The notes under the pieces are model-generated. The model worked only from the letters and a program-made list of their open reading frames with translations. It was not told the origin of the DNA and made no database searches. This document shows positions 28,610 through 38,329 of a stretch of 64,000 bases of DNA, piece by piece. Source of the stretch: Armatimonadota bacterium (GTDB taxonomy: Bacteria; Armatimonadota; SYMT01); contig JBKBRF010000018.1 of the NCBI GenBank assembly GCA_046292385.1, forward strand, positions 55,446 to 119,445, in the 5' to 3' direction. A program made the translations under genes and the position numbers. The stretch's first letter is position 1, and every line of letters begins with the position of its first letter.

Positions 28610-31078
28610 TCAGCGGCTCAGCAGCTTCAACCCTTCTGCCGCGCTCGCGCGGATCGTCTCTTCGGAGCTCTGCGCGGCCTGTTCCAGGATCGGGCGCGCC
28701 TCGCTCCCGCCGATGCGAGCCAGCGCGCGGCCGGCGGCGGGGCCGACCGCCGTATCGGCGAGGAGCGGCTGCAGCGCCGGGAGCGCGCGGCGGTCGTCGA
28801 ACCGCACCACTGCGGAGATCGCGGAGCGCCGTACTTCCGCGGAGGGGTCTCCCAGCGCCCGCAGGCTCTGCTGCAGCGCCTTCTCTCCACGCAGCTTGCT
28901 CAGGGCGTCGACGATCACCGCCTTCCGCAGTGGCCAGAGCTGGGTTGCCTCGTAGGCCCGGATCAGGGCGTCGACATCTCGCGCGTTCCCGAGCCGCCCC
29001 AGTGCGCGCGGCACTTCATGGTTCGTCTCGTCCCCCCGCTCCAGCTCCCGGAGCAGCGCCTGCCGGGCGCGCGGGCCGCCCAGCTCCCCCAGCGCCGCGG
29101 CCGCGGCACGACCGTATCCCTTCTGCGGCAGCAGCACGATCAACGGCTCGACGGCGCGGCTGTCGCGGTTGGCCCGCGCGATCCGGACGGCAGACAGCTC
29201 CGGCTGCGGTCGCGACAGCTCGACCAGCGCGGCATCCTTCGCTTCCCGCTCTCGCCGGAGCCGAAGGAGCGCTTCGAACGCGGCCTCGCGCACCGCGGGA
29301 TCGGTATCGGCCGCCGCCCGCACCAGCGCGGCCACCACGGGCTCGCGGTCGCGGGCGTTCGGAAGCCGGGCGAGCTGCTGCACCGCGCTGTAGCGCTGGG
29401 AGCTGAGCGGGCGCTCCAGCGTCCGAATGAGCGCGTTCTCCGTTTCGTCTCCAGCGGCAGCGGGGGCGGAAGCCTCCGCGGAGAGCACCTCTCCGTCCGA
29501 GCTCCGGTCCGGGCCATCGACTCGTGAGCCGGTGGCGGGCCCCGGCTCGACGCCGAGGACCGCGCTCGCCTCCGTGCTGAAGACGCGGCGCTGATCCGCC
29601 AGCTCGAGTCGCTCCAGGGAAACAAACGCGGGATCGACGAACGCCACGCGAGCGCCCATCTCTCGCGTAGCGGCGATCAGCCACGGCACCGCCAGCTCGT
29701 CCTGTCCGCCATCAGCCGGAAGTGAGACGACGCAGCCCTGGCCGGCCGCGTACCGCTCGCGAACCCCGGCGAGCACGCCGCTGACGTTCAGGCAGGTGAC
29801 GGGTCCCTTCAACTCCAGCACGGCAACGCCCTCGCGGGGCGCCTCCCGCGGCTCCGCCAGTACCGCGGCCGCGGAGCTGCCGATCGGCGTGGCGAGCGTC
29901 TCCCCCGCTGCCTCGAGCCGCAGGTAGAGCTGGTCCACCAGCCCAGACTGCGCCGCCTGCGGCTGTGCCGGGCGGAGGTCTTCCCCGCGCAGCGCCTCCG
30001 GAAAGACAAGCCGCACCCGGGCGGAGCCGCCGGCGGCGATCTCCACTCTCGGGAAGGGAGCGTTCACCTCCGCGTCGAGCCCGGGCGGGCAGAGGTGCAG
30101 TGGGGACACGGGCGCCTCCGCGGGGCGGGGCTCGAACTCCCGGCCGCCGACCAGCAGCCGGAAGGCGTCCCCGCCCACCGAGAGCGTCGTCGTGCCGGAG
30201 CTCCTGATTTCCGCATCGACGATCAGCGTGGCGGTCCCGCGGCCGAGCGCGAGCTGCGCGTGGCGGATCTCCAGGCTCACCGCCTTCCCACGGGAGGGGA
30301 GTGACGCCGCGGAGAGCTGCCAGCTCGCGAGCAGCCGCTGGATCGGCCCCAGTCCGGTGGTGCTAAGGGTGCCGCCGATCAGTGCCACCACCGCGACCGC
30401 CACCGCCAGGGCCGGATAGAGAGTGCGCCGCCGCCGCAGGGGAGCGGTCTGCGCCCCGGCGGGCTGGAGCGCGCTGGGGTACCCCCCGGCCGGCATCGGT
30501 GCCGGCGTGGCCGCCGCGGCAGCGCCCCCGGCAGACGCAGCCGGAGCGGCCGGCGGCTCGGCGCGGAGACGGAAGAGGCGGTAGCAGGGCTCCTCCGCCT
30601 CGCCGCGCACGAGAGGCCCGGTCGGTTTCAGCGACTCCGCGCCGAGCTCGAAGAGGGTGCGGAGCTCCTCGAAAACCTCCGCGCTCAGCACCATCTCTCC
30701 GGCGGGCGCCCGCTCCTGCGCGATCCGGGCGGCGCGCTCCGCGGCGGCCGCGCGCGGACCGGCGGGGGCTCGACGGGCAATTCCGGCGCTCGCCGGCACG
30801 GAGCGGTCGGCGAAATCCGCCGCCATTTCGAGCAAGGCGTCCGCGCACGCGACTGCCTCAACCGGCCCCGGAAGCGAAAAGAGCAGGCCGAACGGCTCCG
30901 GGCGGAGCAGGCGCCCGCCGCGCGCGGCGGCTTCGGCGGTCGCCAGCTCCAACAGCTCCCGGGGGAAGCCGCGTCCACGCGCCCGGCTCCCGCTCGCCGG
31001 TCCGAGATAGAGGAGCACCTCCGGGTGCCGCCGCCGGGAAAACGCCTCGAACTGCTGATCGCGTGCCTGCGGGTCCAA
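28610..31078 (-). CDS. Membrane protein: degenerate cyclase-like domain, TM, Ig-like, STAS-like and HEAT repeats
   Basis: PBS-lyase/HEAT repeats (DPAVREAAFEAL, AAAALGELG, DPSAEVRRSA); TM LAVAVAVVALIGG. Start placed at TTG 31078 because the longer ORF runs through a repeat and moxR. Confidence 0.7.
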   Translation of the reverse strand: MDPQARDQQFEAFSRRRHPEVLLYLGPASGSRARGRGFPRELLELATAEAAARGGRLLRPEPFGLLFSLPGPVEAVACADALLEMAADFADRSVPASAGIARRAPAGPRAAAAERAARIAQERAPAGEMVLSAEVFEELRTLFELGAESLKPTGPLVRGEAEEPCYRLFRLRAEPPAAPAASAGGAAAAATPAPMPAGGYPSALQPAGAQTAPLRRRRTLYPALAVAVAVVALIGGTLSTTGLGPIQRLLASWQLSAASLPSRGKAVSLEIRHAQLALGRGTATLIVDAEIRSSGTTTLSVGGDAFRLLVGGREFEPRPAEAPVSPLHLCPPGLDAEVNAPFPRVEIAAGGSARVRLVFPEALRGEDLRPAQPQAAQSGLVDQLYLRLEAAGETLATPIGSSAAAVLAEPREAPREGVAVLELKGPVTCLNVSGVLAGVRERYAAGQGCVVSLPADGGQDELAVPWLIAATREMGARVAFVDPAFVSLERLELADQRRVFSTEASAVLGVEPGPATGSRVDGPDRSSDGEVLSAEASAPAAAGDETENALIRTLERPLSSQRYSAVQQLARLPNARDREPVVAALVRAAADTDPAVREAAFEALLRLRREREAKDAALVELSRPQPELSAVRIARANRDSRAVEPLIVLLPQKGYGRAAAAALGELGGPRARQALLRELERGDETNHEVPRALGRLGNARDVDALIRAYEATQLWPLRKAVIVDALSKLRGEKALQQSLRALGDPSAEVRRSAISAVVRFDDRRALPALQPLLADTAVGPAAGRALARIGGSEARPILEQAAQSSEETIRASAAEGLKLLSR

Positions 31079-31094
31079 TTGCGGCCTCTGTTCT

Positions 31095-31232
31095 CGTATT
31101 CCGTATTGCGTAGCGGGACGCTTGCACTTCTTCACAGAACGTCGTGCCGGGCGAGACGCTTCTTCAGCGCTTCGCTCGGCACGACGTCCTGCAAAGCGGG
31201 ACCAGCCACTCGCTACGGAATACGCAATACGC
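31095..31232. repeat. Family B palindromic element (heptamer-tailed)
   Basis: CGTATTC CGTATTG CGTAGCG ... GTCGTGCCGGGCGAGACGCT / AGCGCTTCGCTCGGCACGAC ... CGCTACG GAATACG CAATACG. Confidence 0.85.
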
Positions 31233-31275
31233 GCTGCGATTGCTCCCGCGAGACGCGCCGCGTTCGGGAGACAAG

Positions 31276-32244
31276 CTATCTCGGAACCGACACCCGCTGG
31301 AGAATCGCGCGGATCGCCTCTTCCGGCGTCTGGCCATTCGCCTCCGCTTCCGGCTGCAGGACGATCCGGTGCCGCAGGGTGGGGATCACCATCGACTGCA
31401 CGTCGTCCGGCGTCACGAAGTCCCGCCCCGCGAACGCGGCCATCGCCTTGGCCGCGAGGAGCAGGTGGATACCGCCGCGGGGACCGCAGCCGACCATGAT
31501 CTCCTCGGAAGCGCGGGTGGCGCCGACCAGCTCCCGAACGTAGGTCACCAGCTCCGGGCGCATCGTCAGGCCCTTCACCGCGGACCGGCACCGCTCGATC
31601 TCCGCGGCGGACATCACCGGCTGGATCGCGGAGTGCTCCACGTTGTGCGGCTCCTGGCCCTGGTTGTACCGCTCCAGGAGGCGCTCTTCCTCTTCCGGCG
31701 TGGGATAGGTGACCACTACCTTCATCATGAACCGGTCGAGCTGGGCCTCCGGCAGCGGGTAGGTCCCCTCGTACTCGATCGGGTTCTGCGTGGCGAAGAC
31801 GGTGAAGTTGGGCGAGAGCGGGTACGGCTCACCGTCGATGGTGCACCGCCGCTCCTGCATCGCTTCCAGGAGCGCCGCCTGCGTCTTCGCGGGGCTCCGG
31901 TTGATCTCGTCGCCCAGGAGCAGGTCGGTAAAGACCGGCCCCTTCCGCAGCACGAACTGGCTGCGGGAGAGATCGTAGATGTTGGTGCCGATCACGTCGG
32001 ACGGCATCAAGTCCGGCGTGAACTGCACGCGGCCGAAGTCGAGGCTCATCGCCCTCGCCAGCGCGCGCACCATCAGCGTCTTGGCGGTGCCGGGCACCCC
32101 TTCCAGCAGCACGTGCCCCTGGCAGTAGATCGCCGCCAGAAGCGACTGCAGCACCGCTTCCTGCCCTACCACCACGGTGCGGACCTGTGCCAGGACCTGC
32201 TCTGTCTTTGCCTGGATCAGGTCCAGTCCCTCGGAGGTGATCAT
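31276..32244 (-). CDS. MoxR family AAA+ ATPase
   Basis: GHVLLEGVPGTAKT, RVQFTPDLMPSD, DEINR, ATQNPIEYEGTYPLPEAQLDRF. Confidence 0.96.
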   Translation of the reverse strand: MITSEGLDLIQAKTEQVLAQVRTVVVGQEAVLQSLLAAIYCQGHVLLEGVPGTAKTLMVRALARAMSLDFGRVQFTPDLMPSDVIGTNIYDLSRSQFVLRKGPVFTDLLLGDEINRSPAKTQAALLEAMQERRCTIDGEPYPLSPNFTVFATQNPIEYEGTYPLPEAQLDRFMMKVVVTYPTPEEEERLLERYNQGQEPHNVEHSAIQPVMSAAEIERCRSAVKGLTMRPELVTYVRELVGATRASEEIMVGCGPRGGIHLLLAAKAMAAFAGRDFVTPDDVQSMVIPTLRHRIVLQPEAEANGQTPEEAIRAILQRVSVPR

Positions 32245-33572
32245 TCGGTCTGTGTTCCCTTTCGCGCCGGGCGCTTCCCGTGCAGCGCCTGGTCGACTTG
32301 CGTGAGCTGCGCGCAGACCTGCAGGGCTTCCTCTTCGGAGAGCTTCTCTCGCGCCAGCACCGCCTCTGCCTCTAACACCGCCTGCCGCGCTTCCACCGCC
32401 GGGCGGCCGGTGCGGCGCTCGTAGCGGCGGCCGATCTCGTCCAGGTCGGTCAGCCCGTCCACGCGCAGCGCGCCGTTCAGGCGGCGGCGGAAGTCGGCGT
32501 AGATCGTCGCCACCGCCTGCCGGCTCATTCCGGCGCTCTGGTAGAGCGCGGCGACGGCCTCGACGTATTCCTTACTGTCCCGCCGCGAGTCCCGCGCCAG
32601 CGGCTCCGCCGGCCCGAAGCGGGTGCCGGTGCGCCAGAAGACGAGCGCCACCAGCAGCAGCCCGTAGAGGATGACGGGGGTGAGCGCGCGGTCCCGGATG
32701 TAGGCCATCACGCCCCGGTCCGGGTGCCGCTTGTGGTACTCATCGAACCAGAGGGTGCCGCCCGCCGGCAGGAGGCGCGTCAGGTTGACCACGAACTGCA
32801 GGTTGTCCGCCTGGGTCAGCCCGAGGTTGCTCGCCGGGTAAACGTCGTTCACCGCCACGTAGAGTCCCTTCCCCTGCGCCGCACTCACCACCTGCGGATA
32901 GGAGATCGGGCCGTACTTCCGCTCGAACAGGGTGAGCCACTCCTCCGCCGGAATGGCCGGGATCGGCGGCTCCGGCTGCGGCGGGAGCGCCTCCCGCATC
33001 GCTTCCGGCACGTCCGGATCGTGGTCGAGCCGGCCGAACTTGAATCCGAAGTCGCCCCCGGTCTTGAACTCTCGCACGCGGGCCGCCAGCGCGCTCGGCT
33101 GCGCCGGCTCGGCCGAGCCGGTCGCCTTCGACTTCGGCGCCTCCACGATCAGTCCCAGCGCGCGGAAGAGGCTGTTCGGCTCTCTGGTCATGATCACGGC
33201 GACGTTGCCGGCGCGGACCCAGCGGTCGAGCGCCTCGATCTCGTACGGCAGCACGTCGCCCCCGGTGCGGCCGAGGAGCTGCTCCTTCCCTTCCGGCGCC
33301 AGGAGGAGCAGGACGCCCGGCTCCTTCAGGTGGGAGAAGTCCCGGTCCCAGACCTGCGGCCGGTGACCGAGCCGCTGGAGCACCTGGAAGGCGACGGCGG
33401 CACCCCGGTCGTCGGTCCGCCCGACGGAGTACTCCGGACTCCCGGTGCCTCGCCGGGCCTCTTGCGCCCAGAGCAGCCCCGCCCCTACCAGGAGGAGGGC
33501 GGCCACCGCGGCGAGCCAGGCGAGCGGGCCGACCGAAGCGAGCGGGCCAACGGAAGCGAGCGGCTTACGCAC
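32241..33572 (-). CDS. DUF4350 domain membrane protein
   Basis: N-terminal TM, LWFDEYH, RFGP...EYVEAVAALY; GTG start overlaps the upstream stop; ATGA overlap with moxR. Confidence 0.8.
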   Translation of the reverse strand: MRKPLASVGPLASVGPLAWLAAVAALLLVGAGLLWAQEARRGTGSPEYSVGRTDDRGAAVAFQVLQRLGHRPQVWDRDFSHLKEPGVLLLLAPEGKEQLLGRTGGDVLPYEIEALDRWVRAGNVAVIMTREPNSLFRALGLIVEAPKSKATGSAEPAQPSALAARVREFKTGGDFGFKFGRLDHDPDVPEAMREALPPQPEPPIPAIPAEEWLTLFERKYGPISYPQVVSAAQGKGLYVAVNDVYPASNLGLTQADNLQFVVNLTRLLPAGGTLWFDEYHKRHPDRGVMAYIRDRALTPVILYGLLLVALVFWRTGTRFGPAEPLARDSRRDSKEYVEAVAALYQSAGMSRQAVATIYADFRRRLNGALRVDGLTDLDEIGRRYERRTGRPAVEARQAVLEAEAVLAREKLSEEEALQVCAQLTQVDQALHGKRPARKGTQTE

Positions 33573-35439
33573 GCGCGGCCCCCATTCCCGGCGGCGGGGT
33601 GCCGAGCTCCCGGACTCCGCGCTCGAACTCGCGGTAGCTGCGCTCGTCGCAGGCGTGGCCGCCGTACCAGACTTCATCGAACATCCGCGTCAGCCGGCGG
33701 AGCGTCCCCTGCGCCTCCGGCTCTCCCCGGAACTGCCGCACGTAGACCCAGTTGGTGAGCGCGCGGTTGTAATCGATGCGCCGCTGCCGGTGCAGGTGGA
33801 CCAGCGTCGCGAGATAAAGCGCCCGCACCGCCTGCCGCGCGTCCCCCTGCCCCAGCCACTGCTGTGCGAAAAGCTCCCACTCGTCGACGGTGTGGTCGAG
33901 GGCGTTCTCGGTCGCGGACGCCTCCAGCGGCGGCGCGGCGGCGGTGGCAACCGCCGGGCCGGCCTCCCGCAGGGGCCGCTCCACCAGCCAGCGGGCGAAG
34001 AGCACGACGACGGCGATGACCGCCGCCGCCAGCACGATCCAGAGCAGCGGCTCCAACCAGGCGCCGCCGCCCGGCAGCGACCAGTTCGGCGCCTTCACGT
34101 TCGGCTGCTGCGGCTTGAAGAGCGTCTTGTTCAGCCAGTCGGAAAAGCTCTTCCACCACCCCTTCGGCGCGCGGCTGTCGACGCGGACCAGGTCCCGCAG
34201 CTCGGCCCGCCCCGCCAGCGGCTGGAACTCCGGCTGCGCCAGCACCTGTCCCAGCGCCTCCTTTGCGCTCACCGCGCCGCCGGCCGCTCCCGCGGGGGGC
34301 ACCGCCCGACCCGTCCAGGCCACCCCTCCCAGGGAGCGCTCCACCGCTTCGAGCTTCCGCAGCACCGCCTGCTTCTCTTCGGCGGAGTCCCAGGCGCGCG
34401 CGCCGTCGAGCCAGTCGTTCTCCACCGTCACCTTCTGCCCGCCGGGGAGGGTGACCACCTGGTCCCGCAGGCGGCGGAGGTCGGAGCGGTCGACCTTGTC
34501 CGCGCTGGGAGCCCGAGAGAGATGCTCCCGAACCTGTCGCACCTCGCGCAGGTACTCCTCTGGGGTTACCGCGTGGGCGGCACCGGGGAGCAGCAGCACG
34601 AGCGCCAGCACCGAGGCGCCCGCCGCCTTGAGCTGCCGCAGGCGGTCGTGGAGATCGGCGCCCTCCCTCCGGATGCGGAGGTCGAGATAGAGCGCCGTGT
34701 CGGCCGCGTTCTTGAGCGGATCGAGGAGCACGAACTGCGTGACCAGGAGCAGCAGGACGTACGTGGGGTTGCGCAGGGAGAGATACGGCGCGAAGCCGCT
34801 GGTATCGATTCCGAGGAAGCCGGAGAGGTTGTGGACGAAGAACTGGACCGCCAGATGCAGGCCGAACACGCCGACCGCCCAGAGCAGCGCGAAGAGCGCC
34901 CACAGCCCGAACGCGCGGCCGCGGTGCCCCTCCAGCAGCCGCCAGCTCCGGCGCAGCGCGCCGGCCGGCGTCCGGCCTTCATCGACCAGCGACGGCAGCG
35001 CCACCCACCAGGAGGCGGCGAGCCAGAGCCCCGGCGCGGCCAGGCAGCTCGCGGCCAGCCACGCCCCCGAGAAGGCGGCGAGCCCGACTACCGCGCCCCG
35101 GCCGGCGTACCGGAGGAGGTCGGCTCGACCCGGTACCTGCGTCAGCTCGCCCCGCGTCTCCAGGATGGAGACCGCCACCACGATGGCGCGCGCCGCGCCG
35201 TTCAGCGCCCAGGCCGCCGACATGGCCACCGCCCAGAAGAAGGTGCCCTGGTAAAAGGTCGCCGCTTCCACCTCCCCCACCAGCGTGCCGAGCCAGCGGA
35301 AGTAGGCAAGGAGCAGCAGCGCCAGCGGCAGCGTGCCGACGGTCGACCACGCGTACATCCGCGGCCAGCTCCGCCGGAGCAGCAGCCAGGCGGAATCGAG
35401 CACTTCAACCGTGGAGAGCGGGCGGAGCGTGACGGGCAT
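33565..35439 (-). CDS. Multi-TM membrane protein fused to DUF4129
   Basis: LRPLSTVEVLD, LYLDLRIRREGADL, AVRALYLA...TNWVY...FDEVWYGG. Confidence 0.82.
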   Translation of the reverse strand: MPVTLRPLSTVEVLDSAWLLLRRSWPRMYAWSTVGTLPLALLLLAYFRWLGTLVGEVEAATFYQGTFFWAVAMSAAWALNGAARAIVVAVSILETRGELTQVPGRADLLRYAGRGAVVGLAAFSGAWLAASCLAAPGLWLAASWWVALPSLVDEGRTPAGALRRSWRLLEGHRGRAFGLWALFALLWAVGVFGLHLAVQFFVHNLSGFLGIDTSGFAPYLSLRNPTYVLLLLVTQFVLLDPLKNAADTALYLDLRIRREGADLHDRLRQLKAAGASVLALVLLLPGAAHAVTPEEYLREVRQVREHLSRAPSADKVDRSDLRRLRDQVVTLPGGQKVTVENDWLDGARAWDSAEEKQAVLRKLEAVERSLGGVAWTGRAVPPAGAAGGAVSAKEALGQVLAQPEFQPLAGRAELRDLVRVDSRAPKGWWKSFSDWLNKTLFKPQQPNVKAPNWSLPGGGAWLEPLLWIVLAAAVIAVVVLFARWLVERPLREAGPAVATAAAPPLEASATENALDHTVDEWELFAQQWLGQGDARQAVRALYLATLVHLHRQRRIDYNRALTNWVYVRQFRGEPEAQGTLRRLTRMFDEVWYGGHACDERSYREFERGVRELGTPPPGMGAARA

Positions 35440-35519
35440 CGGTCGATCTTACGCGGGCGGAGCTGTCGATTTCAGGTTAGCAGGTTGATGATGGCGGGTC
35501 CGTGCGGCGGCTGGCGTTT

Positions 35520-35546
35520 GGCGTATCGAGTATTGCGCAGCGACCG
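35520..35546. repeat. Partial family B end
   Basis: GCGTATCGAGTATTGCGCAGCG resembles the left arm of family B. Confidence 0.45.
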
Positions 35547-35604
35547 GCTTTCGCGTGTTTCCGGTGACTGAGTGCCGGGCGATGTGCTGCGCGCCTGCTT
35601 CCGG

Positions 35605-35937
35605 TTACGGCGGGGTGACTCCCGACGGGAGGGAGGTCCGCAGCAGCGCGAGAAGGTAGCCAAGCACGAAGAAGACGAGGGTAGCCCCCACCGCGCCGCC
35701 GATCGCCAGCGGGATGCCGAGCGCCGCCTCGCGCGCCGGCGACTCGACCTGCTCCGCTTCCGGCTCCACCGCCGACTGCAGGCAGCGGATGCAGTAATTC
35801 ATCCGGTCGATGCGCGTGGAGCACTCCACGCAGACCACGGCGCGGCAGCCGACGCAGACGCCCACCCCCTCCCGGTCCGGGTGGTTGGCGCAGCGGAGCG
35901 CCCGCGGCTGAGGCTGTGGGTGAGCGTGGAGGGTCAT
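35605..35937 (-). CDS. B-box-like zinc finger membrane protein
   Basis: CANHPDREGVGVCVGC...CVEC...YCIRC; C-terminal TM. Confidence 0.78.
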   Translation of the reverse strand: MTLHAHPQPQPRALRCANHPDREGVGVCVGCRAVVCVECSTRIDRMNYCIRCLQSAVEPEAEQVESPAREAALGIPLAIGGAVGATLVFFVLGYLLALLRTSLPSGVTPP

Positions 35938-36203
35938 CGTTCTTTGAGTGCGGAGTCGTCGCCGCCCCCAGTGCGGTTCGACCTTGCCGGCGGCGGCACC
36001 TCTAGTTCTTGCGTACCGCTGCCCGCTCCGACGCAGGAAACCCGTGAAGCGGGGTGGAACAATGCGGCCAGAATAGCCGCCTGCGTCGTCTTCCTCGCCG
36101 TCTCCCCGCCAGCGCCTGCGCCGAGCAGCCTCGGCACGCGCTCTCCGTCGAGAACAGCACCCCTCCCCGCGCCGGCGGCCCCCATCTCCAGGAGTACGTG
36201 TCG

Positions 36204-37832
36204 ATGTCGACAGACCTCAATACCGCCGCCGCGTCGGAGAAGCTGCCGGATCCGGGCGAGCTGCCCGCGTGGGAAGTCGGCGAGCTTCCCGCGCCGGTCC
36301 CCTTCGGGTGGAAGAACGTTCTCGCCGCCATCGGGCCCGGCATCATCGTGCTGGGCGGCAGCATCGGCACCGGGGAGTGGCTGATGGGCCCGGCGGTGAC
36401 GGTGCGGTTCCAGGGCGCCATGCTCTGGATCGCCACGCTCGCGATCTTCTTCCAGTCGTTCCTGAACATGGAGTGCGTGCGGTACGCGCTCTACACCGGC
36501 GAGCCGATCTTCACCGGCTTCCTGCGCTCCAAGCCGGGCCCCAAGTTCTGGGCGGCGATCTATTTCATGTGCGATCTCGGGATGTTCTTTCCCGCGTTCG
36601 CCGGGGCGTTAGCGCAGCTCCTCGTCGCCGGCTACCTGGGACCGGACGCCACGCTCGGCTCCCAGCACGGCTTCGCCATCATGGCTACCGGCATCGGTGT
36701 GACGGTCATCGGGTTCGTGTTGATGCTCTTCGGCGGAAAGATCTACAACACGCTCCTCGCCTGCATGACGTTCAAGGTGCTGTGGGTCCTCGGGTTCCTG
36801 ATCTTCATCGACTTCTTCCTGGTCGGTTGGGATCACTGGAAGCTGGTGCTCCAGGGGTTCTTCTTCCCGTTCAATGAGAACGGCTTCATGATGCCGAAGG
36901 ACCTGAAGTTCTCCGACTGGACCACCATCGCCGGCTTCGCCGCGTTCGCGGGCGCGGGCGGCCTCTCCAACGCTACCTTCAGCAACTACGCGCGGGAAAA
37001 GGGCTGGGGCATGGGCGCCCACGTCGGATGCATCCCGTCGGCGGTCGGCGGCGTGGAAGTGGAGCTCTCCCCGCTGGGGAAGGTCTTCCGCGTCACCGAC
37101 GAGGCGATGCACCGCTGGAAGGCGTGGTGGAAGTACGTCCACTTCGACCAGTACGCGGTGTGGGTGGTCGGCTGCTTCGCGGGCGTGATCCTGCCGGCGG
37201 CGATGTCGATCCGGATGCTCGATCCGGAGATGGTGAAGAGCGCCAAGGACTGGGAGATCGCCTCCATGCAGGCGAAGGGCATCATGGCGAACATGTCCGG
37301 CAACCCGATGCTCTTCTGGTGGCTCACCCTCTTCACCGGCTTCCTGATCATCTGGTTCACCCAGGTGCAGGCGATGGACCACGTCACCCGGCGCTGGACC
37401 GACATCCTCTGGACCGCCAGCCCGCGCGCCCGCGAGGCCTCCGGGGCCGGCGGCGTGAAGAAGGTCTACTACGGGATCCTGCTCACCTACGCCTGCATCA
37501 ACATCGCGGTGTTGATCATGAACCAGCTCATCGGCGGCACGCCGTTCGGGATCGTGATCCTCACCTCCGTCACCAGCGGCTTCGCCACCGCCGTGAGCGC
37601 CATCCACACCTTCTACGTGAACAAGCGCTTCCTGCCGAAGCAGCTCCAGGCGTCGTGGTGGCGCACCGCCGGCCTGCTGGCCTGCGCGGTGTTCTACCTG
37701 ATCATGACGACGCTGGCCGGATACGGAAAGATCTCGTCCGAGCTGGCGAAGCGAAACGCTCCGCCGGCAGCCGCCGCGCCCGCGGTACCCAGCGGCACAC
37801 CCGCCAACCCACAGGCCGCCGCGATACGCTAA
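36204..37832 (+). CDS. Nramp/APC-superfamily-like membrane transporter
   Basis: [17 protein letters not shown] and about 11 TM helices; AGGAG RBS. Confidence 0.8.
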   Translation: MSTDLNTAAASEKLPDPGELPAWEVGELPAPVPFGWKNVLAAIGPGIIVLGGSIGTGEWLMGPAVTVRFQGAMLWIATLAIFFQSFLNMECVRYALYTGEPIFTGFLRSKPGPKFWAAIYFMCDLGMFFPAFAGALAQLLVAGYLGPDATLGSQHGFAIMATGIGVTVIGFVLMLFGGKIYNTLLACMTFKVLWVLGFLIFIDFFLVGWDHWKLVLQGFFFPFNENGFMMPKDLKFSDWTTIAGFAAFAGAGGLSNATFSNYAREKGWGMGAHVGCIPSAVGGVEVELSPLGKVFRVTDEAMHRWKAWWKYVHFDQYAVWVVGCFAGVILPAAMSIRMLDPEMVKSAKDWEIASMQAKGIMANMSGNPMLFWWLTLFTGFLIIWFTQVQAMDHVTRRWTDILWTASPRAREASGAGGVKKVYYGILLTYACINIAVLIMNQLIGGTPFGIVILTSVTSGFATAVSAIHTFYVNKRFLPKQLQASWWRTAGLLACAVFYLIMTTLAGYGKISSELAKRNAPPAAAAPAVPSGTPANPQAAAIR

Positions 37833-37911
37833 CCGGGCAGGTTTCCGGGCATGGGCCGGCGGCTCCCGATTGGGCCGCCGGTCCGTTCCCGACCATTTTC
37901 CGGGAGGCACA

Positions 37912-38319
37912 ATGGCAGCAGAGCGTTCCTTCGTGATGATCAAGCCGGACGGCGTCCGGCGTGCGCTGGTGGGCGAGTGCATCCGCCGGTTCGAGCAGCG
38001 CGGCCTCAAGATCGTCGAGCTGAAGATGCTCACCGCCGGCAAAGAGCTGGCCGAGAGCCACTACGGCGCCCACCGCGGCAAGCCGTTCTTCGAGGGCGTG
38101 GTGGAGTTCATCACCTCCGGTCCGGTTGTCGCGATGGTGATCGAAGGCGAGAGTGCCATCGCCGCCATCCGGCAGATGGTCGGCGCCACCCGCCCCCTGG
38201 AGGCGGCGCCGGGCAGCATCCGCGGCGACTTCGCGCTGGAAGTGGGCGAGAACATCATCCACGCCAGCGATGCGCCGGAGACGGCGGAGCAGGAGATCGC
38301 CCTCTGGTTCGGGGCCTAG
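37912..38319 (+). CDS. ndk: Nucleoside diphosphate kinase
   Basis: [27 protein letters not shown]. Confidence 0.97.
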   Translation: MAAERSFVMIKPDGVRRALVGECIRRFEQRGLKIVELKMLTAGKELAESHYGAHRGKPFFEGVVEFITSGPVVAMVIEGESAIAAIRQMVGATRPLEAAPGSIRGDFALEVGENIIHASDAPETAEQEIALWFGA

Positions 38320-38329
38320 GAGCGGGGCG

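Noticed and set aside
31079..31591. N-terminal extension of the 993-aa HEAT ORF
   Set aside because: Runs through a family B repeat and overlaps moxR in another frame; the ATQYGIR-like peptides are translated repeat DNA.
33520..33563. 18-bp tandem duplication (LASVGP x2) at the DUF4350 N-terminus
   Set aside because: In-frame two-copy duplication in a variable N-terminus; no evidence for phase variation.
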